The position numbers were made by a program, and so were the translations under genes. A model generated the notes under the pieces. The model did not search any database. It was given only the letters and a program-made list of their open reading frames with translations, and was not told where the DNA came from. Positions 59,658 through 64,000 of a stretch of 64,000 nt of DNA are shown here, in pieces. The DNA is from a bacterium. Lineage in GTDB: Bacteria; Krumholzibacteriota; Krumholzibacteriia; LZORAL124-64-63. How positions within the stretch are numbered: the stretch's first letter is position 1; each line of letters opens with the position of its first letter. The stretch spans positions 210 to 64,209 of the forward strand of contig JAIFKS010000024.1 of the NCBI GenBank assembly GCA_020049465.1. Direction: 5' to 3'.

Positions 59658-61322
59658 CTACTTCACCAGCTGCATCTTCTCGGTGACCTCATAACCGTCG
59701 CCGCTGAGACGGTAGAAGTACGTGCCGCTCGGGAGACCTTCGCCGCTGAACTGCAGCGAGTGGTCGCCGGCCGCCAGTTCGCCGTCGACCAGGCTCGCCA
59801 CCTTGCGGCCGCGCAGGTCGAAGACTTCCAGGGCGGCCCGACCGGTCTTGGGCACGCTGAACTTGATGGTCGTGCTGGGGTTGAACGGGTTCGGCTGGTT
59901 GCCCAGGGTGGCCCGCAGCGCCGGCGTGTCGTTCACCGGCGAGGCCGGCAGCGCGTAGTCGGTGTTCTGGGGGTCGAAGTTCGACCACCAGGCGGTCCAC
60001 TGGCGGCTCATCGGCAGGGCCGGGTCGAACGCGCCGCGGTAGCTGACCTGCTGGAAGAACGGGTCGGCCAGGTAGCTGTCGGCCCAGTCGGCGGTGCCGA
60101 TCAGCACGCTGCCGGCCTGGGGCACGCCGTCCGGGGCGTTCAGCAGCTGGGACGCGCCCAGGCCCACCGACGTGTACGAGCGGGGGATGGTGTCCAGGTT
60201 GGCGTGGCCGATGAACCAGGTACCGATGCCCGCCCAGCGCGGCACGTCGTGGATGTTGTTCGGAGCGAAGCCGGTGTAGTCGCCGGTCACTTCGTTGTTC
60301 ACGAAGCGCAGCGTGTCTTCCTTGGCCTTGACGATCGAGTTCTCGCGCACGCTCAGGCCGCGCGGGAAACCGGCGATGGCCGAGTTGAAGATGCTGATGC
60401 GGCTGTTCTTGCGGAGAAGGCCCGCGTGCTGGTAGCGGTGGCCGACGGGCAGGGGATCCTGCACGTACATCGGGCCGACCGAGGTCACGTTCGAGTAGAC
60501 CGGGAACGTCTGCGGCCAGGCGCTGGAACCGGCGCTGTCATTGTCCGACTCGAAGCCGTTGCTCTCGCCGGTGGGGTCCCATTGGTTCGGATCGCGCAGA
60601 GCGAAGGCGAACTGCACCTTGCCGCGGTAGCCGAAGTCGGTGTCGAAGTCGTCGTCGGTGCCGCCGAAGGCCACCAGGTGGTGCAGGTTCACGGTGCCGC
60701 CGAAGCACTCGTAGGAGTCGTCGTCGGCGTAGCTGACCTGGACGTGGTGGATCTCGGTGCCGCGACCCACGCCGCCCAGGGTCAGACCGTTGATCTCGTT
60801 GTTCAGGGCGAAGCGGTAGCCCGGGTACTCGATGCGGACGTACTTGAAGACGCCGCTGTTGTCGTCATCGTCGGTGCCACCGTAGGTGCCCTCGGCGACG
60901 ATGCCGCCCTCGATGATCGGGTTCGGCTGGTTCACGCGGGCGTTGCCCAGGATGACCACGCCGCCCCAGTCGCCGGACAGCCGGTTGCCCGGCGCCTCGC
61001 TGCTGGTGAAGATGATCGGCTTGTCCCAGGTGCCTTCGGCCATGATCGTGGCGCCCGGCTTGACGATCAGGGTGGCGGCGGGCACTCCCTGGATGATGGT
61101 GCCGGCGGGGATGGTCAGGGTGACGCCCGGCTCGACGTAGTACAGGCCGTGCAGCGTGTACAGGGTGTCGGGGCTCAGCGTGCGGGTGACGTTCTGGTTG
61201 AAAGGTGCCAGGGGGTCGATATCCACGGTGCCGAGATCAGCCGTTCCGACATATGCGAGAACGGGCAGGGCGGCAGCCGTGGCGATCAACCCGAACAGGG
61301 CGGCGATCGCGTTCTTCATCAT
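59658..61322 (-). CDS. secreted protein with FlgD-Ig/T9SS-like C-terminal domain, downstream of the TonB-dependent receptor
   Basis: Start MMKNAIAALFG at 61322 after AGGAGGAAG. C-terminal NPFNPSTTIKF...SGTYFYRL...KMQLVK. Confidence 0.75.
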   Translation of the reverse strand: MMKNAIAALFGLIATAAALPVLAYVGTADLGTVDIDPLAPFNQNVTRTLSPDTLYTLHGLYYVEPGVTLTIPAGTIIQGVPAATLIVKPGATIMAEGTWDKPIIFTSSEAPGNRLSGDWGGVVILGNARVNQPNPIIEGGIVAEGTYGGTDDDDNSGVFKYVRIEYPGYRFALNNEINGLTLGGVGRGTEIHHVQVSYADDDSYECFGGTVNLHHLVAFGGTDDDFDTDFGYRGKVQFAFALRDPNQWDPTGESNGFESDNDSAGSSAWPQTFPVYSNVTSVGPMYVQDPLPVGHRYQHAGLLRKNSRISIFNSAIAGFPRGLSVRENSIVKAKEDTLRFVNNEVTGDYTGFAPNNIHDVPRWAGIGTWFIGHANLDTIPRSYTSVGLGASQLLNAPDGVPQAGSVLIGTADWADSYLADPFFQQVSYRGAFDPALPMSRQWTAWWSNFDPQNTDYALPASPVNDTPALRATLGNQPNPFNPSTTIKFSVPKTGRAALEVFDLRGRKVASLVDGELAAGDHSLQFSGEGLPSGTYFYRLSGDGYEVTEKMQLVK

Positions 61323-61798
61323 GGGTTGCTTCCTCCTGAGGAGTGGGCGGTCCGCCTTGCGGATCGGACCGCCCCGGAACCTTTTCACCGGCGCCCCTGC
61401 CTGGGCGCGCGTTTCCGGTGGCCATGTGTCAAGTGTGGGACCGTTGTGGTGGAAAGGCTTTGCGGCGTTCGCCCGCGGCGGCCGGCCTCCGGCTGATTCC
61501 GGCCAGCCTAGCCTCGATCAACGATGAACCATCGTTGCCGGATCGGATCCGACGCGCCTGCCGGGCGATTGCCATGTGTCGGGCCGGGAGAGAGGGGTTT
61601 GTCGAAAATTCGGGGGCTTGCCGTAGGGATTACCTGAGACGCCCTCGTTCGAACTGGCCTCAACCTCAGCGTCGACAGGCAACAGTCTAGTCGGCGAGTG
61701 TTGAGGCACGGTGAGGGGTTGATGGATTCATGGCGAGGAAGCCGTCAGGATCGCGTCAGTGGATCGTTCAGGACCGGTAAAGGCGGATCGCCTCCGGC

Positions 61799-64000
61799 TC
61801 AGAATTTCCCCGATACCGACAGCGCATAGGTGGTCGATTCCGTCAGATCCGAATAGATGTACGCGTCGCCGGCTTCGTTCGCGCTCGTCTTGAGCGTGTT
61901 GCCGGCCAGAATGTCGGTGACGGCCAGCTTCAGCTTCAGCGACCAGGGCAACTGCCGCGTCGCCACCAGATCGAGCTTCGTGCGCGGCTCCAGATACACG
62001 TATTCGAACATGTTCTCGGCCAGTTTGTCCAGGCGGCGTCCGATCCGGTTGGCCAGCACCCCGACCGTCGTGTGGGCCCCCGGATGTTCGTAGAGCAGGG
62101 AGATGTTGACCGACCACGGGGCCTGCCCCTGCAACGGGCGCTTGTTCTGCTCGACGATGTCGAGCGTGCGCGGGTTGTCGAACACGACCTCGGACCACAC
62201 GCGCGTGTAGTTGGCCGAGATCGACACGTTCCGGGTGAAGTCCAGCCAGTCCAGCTTCTTGCCGGCTTCCAGCTCGAAACCCCAGTTGCGCGCCAGCGGC
62301 GTGCTGGTGAAGGTGGCCGTGGGGCGTTCGGCTTCGGGCAGCAGGGTGTCCTCGACGGCGTCGGACATCCGCTTGTAGAAGGCGCTGGCGGCCAGCACCT
62401 GCCCGGGACCGGGGAAGTGCTCGACGCGTATGTCGTAGTTGCGGATCCGGGCGCGGGTCAGGTTCGGGTTGCCGCGCTGGTTCTCGAAAGTGCGGTAGTC
62501 GCGTCGCAGGATGGGCGAGATCTCGCGGAACTCGGGCCGGTTGACCGACGCGTAGTAGCCCAGGCGGACGTTGGTGCTCTCGTCGTAGATCCAGGTCAGC
62601 GCCACCGAAGGCAGCACGTCGCGCGTGTCGATGCGGGCTGTGTCCTGCCGGCTCGGGAACAGCTTGTTCTGGATGGAGTACACGATCTGATCGGATTGCT
62701 CCACCCGCGCGCCGCCGGTCAGCCGCAGGTCCTCGCGCCGGACGGTGAACGGCAGGTCGATCATGGCGTACCACGCTTCGAGATCGTGGATTCCCTCGTA
62801 CGAGCCGCTCAGGTTCGTGTCCTGGACGAACTCCCACTTCGTGCCGCGCCGGGGGTCGGAGATCTCGTTGTAGTTCTCCGGCCTGAAGATGGAATCGGGC
62901 GGGAGGAAGGCCAGCGCGCCGTCGAAATTCCGGCTCTGGGACTGCAGCGTGTACCACGACTCGACATCGAAGGTGCGCGAGCGGCTGTCCTGACGGTAGC
63001 CGGCCTTGAACTGCAGGTTGTGTTCCTTCGCCAGGTCGTCGTCGGTCGGCGACCACGCCAGGTCGATGCCCTTGCCCCGCCGGTGTTCGTCCAGCCAGGT
63101 CCAGGTGCGCATGTTCTCATCCATCACGCGCGGCTCGAAGTCCAGGTTGTAGGCCAGATAACGCCGGTCGGGCTCGACGGCGTGGGACTCGCCGTAGGTC
63201 AACTGCCAATCCAGGTCGAAGCCGCCGCCGGGCCCGGGCAGATGGTGGCTGCCGTCCAGCTTGTCGACGAACTGGTAGCGTTCGTGCCAGGACAGGGTCT
63301 GCCATTCGAACTTCTTCTGGTCCTGGCCGGCCATGAAGGTGATCTCGCTGTCGGTGATGCGGTTGTAGAGGTTGGTGAAGCCCAGGCGGTGCCGGCCCGT
63401 GCGCAGGAAGAGATTGGCCAGTCCGCCCAGCGAGGCCTGCGTGTGGTGGGTGACCCCGCGCGCGTCGATGGGGTTGCCGCCGCGCCGGACCTCGTTCTCG
63501 TCCTCCAGCAGCGCCTTGTTGCCGTAGGTGACCGCGCCCATCAGGCCCACGTCGACCCCCGCCAGGCGCAGTTTGTCGCCGTGCGAAAGGCTGAACGAAA
63601 GCCGGGGCGGGGCCGTGCGGCCCGTCGTGGTCCAGCGGTTGGGCAACGCGCGCGCCAGATACGGATTGCGCAGCGAGGTGGACTGGTAGACGACGGTGCT
63701 GTCCAGCAGGGCGGTGGGGAACTCGCGCCCGCCGTCGTCGATGCCCAGCCAGTCGGTGTCGCCGCGGTCGGCGTCGTACTGGATGGTCTTGCCGGTCGAG
63801 CCGCTGACCGAGCCGATCGAGAAGGAGGCCGCCGTCGTCGCGGCTTCGGGGAACTCCAGCGTGCTGATGCGCACCAGACCGCCCGAGAAGTCGCCCGGCA
63901 GGTCGGGCGTGGCCTGCTTGATGACCACGATGTTGGCCAGCAGGTTGGCCGGCACCATGTCGAAGTTGAAGCTCTTGCGGTCGCGGTCGACGTTGGCGCC
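61799..64000 (-). CDS. TonB-dependent receptor (N-terminus outside window)
   Basis: Frame open to the window edge. Beta-barrel pattern. C-terminal YALSVSGKF with terminal Phe. Confidence 0.88.
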   Translation of the reverse strand, partial: GANVDRDRKSFNFDMVPANLLANIVVIKQATPDLPGDFSGGLVRISTLEFPEAATTAASFSIGSVSGSTGKTIQYDADRGDTDWLGIDDGGREFPTALLDSTVVYQSTSLRNPYLARALPNRWTTTGRTAPPRLSFSLSHGDKLRLAGVDVGLMGAVTYGNKALLEDENEVRRGGNPIDARGVTHHTQASLGGLANLFLRTGRHRLGFTNLYNRITDSEITFMAGQDQKKFEWQTLSWHERYQFVDKLDGSHHLPGPGGGFDLDWQLTYGESHAVEPDRRYLAYNLDFEPRVMDENMRTWTWLDEHRRGKGIDLAWSPTDDDLAKEHNLQFKAGYRQDSRSRTFDVESWYTLQSQSRNFDGALAFLPPDSIFRPENYNEISDPRRGTKWEFVQDTNLSGSYEGIHDLEAWYAMIDLPFTVRREDLRLTGGARVEQSDQIVYSIQNKLFPSRQDTARIDTRDVLPSVALTWIYDESTNVRLGYYASVNRPEFREISPILRRDYRTFENQRGNPNLTRARIRNYDIRVEHFPGPGQVLAASAFYKRMSDAVEDTLLPEAERPTATFTSTPLARNWGFELEAGKKLDWLDFTRNVSISANYTRVWSEVVFDNPRTLDIVEQNKRPLQGQAPWSVNISLLYEHPGAHTTVGVLANRIGRRLDKLAENMFEYVYLEPRTKLDLVATRQLPWSLKLKLAVTDILAGNTLKTSANEAGDAYIYSDLTESTTYALSVSGKF

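Noticed and set aside
61323-61798. 475-nt leader between the TonB-dependent receptor and the CTD protein gene, examined for a riboswitch such as cobalamin
   Set aside because: I recognised no B12-box or other riboswitch core. The only features are a GC hairpin next to the RBS (61355-61384) and a 10-bp direct repeat, GCCATGTGTC, at 61421 and 61571. The repeat could be chance.

Overview
This is a GC-rich bacterial chromosome segment centred on the replication origin. All calls come from reading the sequence and the ORF track and from remembered family motifs; no searches were run.

Core gene order:
- Minus strand: gyrA, gyrB, DUF721/DciA-like, recF, dnaN, dnaA (16.2-26.0 kb).
- Plus strand, diverging from dnaA: rpmH, rnpA, yidD, yidC, jag, mnmE, mnmG, rsmG, three perfect parS sites, parA, parB (26.4-37.8 kb).
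- Gene orientation switches from almost all minus (1-26 kb) to all plus (26.4-53.7 kb). This fits an origin at about 24-26 kb.
- The dnaN-dnaA spacer has an AT-rich block next to eight TTATCCCC-type boxes. Two perfect TTATCCACA boxes lie upstream of dnaA.

Left flank:
- A type IV pilus minor-pilin operon (fimT-pilV-pilW-pilX-pilY1 plus an unknown secreted protein) behind a sigma-54-type promoter.
- hflX, an ABC-F ATPase, an alpha/beta hydrolase, a transglutaminase-like protein, a low-GC AraC regulator and trpF.

Right flank:
- A PAS histidine kinase and an M23 peptidase-bactofilin pair.
- An accessory stretch (40.5-51.3 kb): NYN RNase-like gene, ADP-ribosylglycohydrolase, lipoprotein, GH16 and S8 enzymes with FlgD/T9SS-like C-terminal domains, HipBA, and a DUF360 holin-like protein.
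- trmH, a DUF2723-like membrane protein, a six-gene TonB2-type energizer cluster, a secreted CTD protein and a partial TonB-dependent receptor.

Most unusual non-genic signals:
1. An 18-bp perfect palindrome, ACTTGCGCCGGCGCAAGT, is present 8 times exactly and 7 times degenerately. Copies lie in intergenic junctions, in-frame inside housekeeping genes, next to local tandem duplications, and at gene-remnant breakpoints.
2. Three long hairpin elements (9.8-13.2 kb) share a conserved 28-nt loop but have different, compensated stems. One buries the ABC-F start codon.
3. A promoter, hairpin and intrinsic terminator form a leader immediately upstream of the low-GC NYN gene.

No rRNA, tRNA, CRISPR array or transposase gene was seen.
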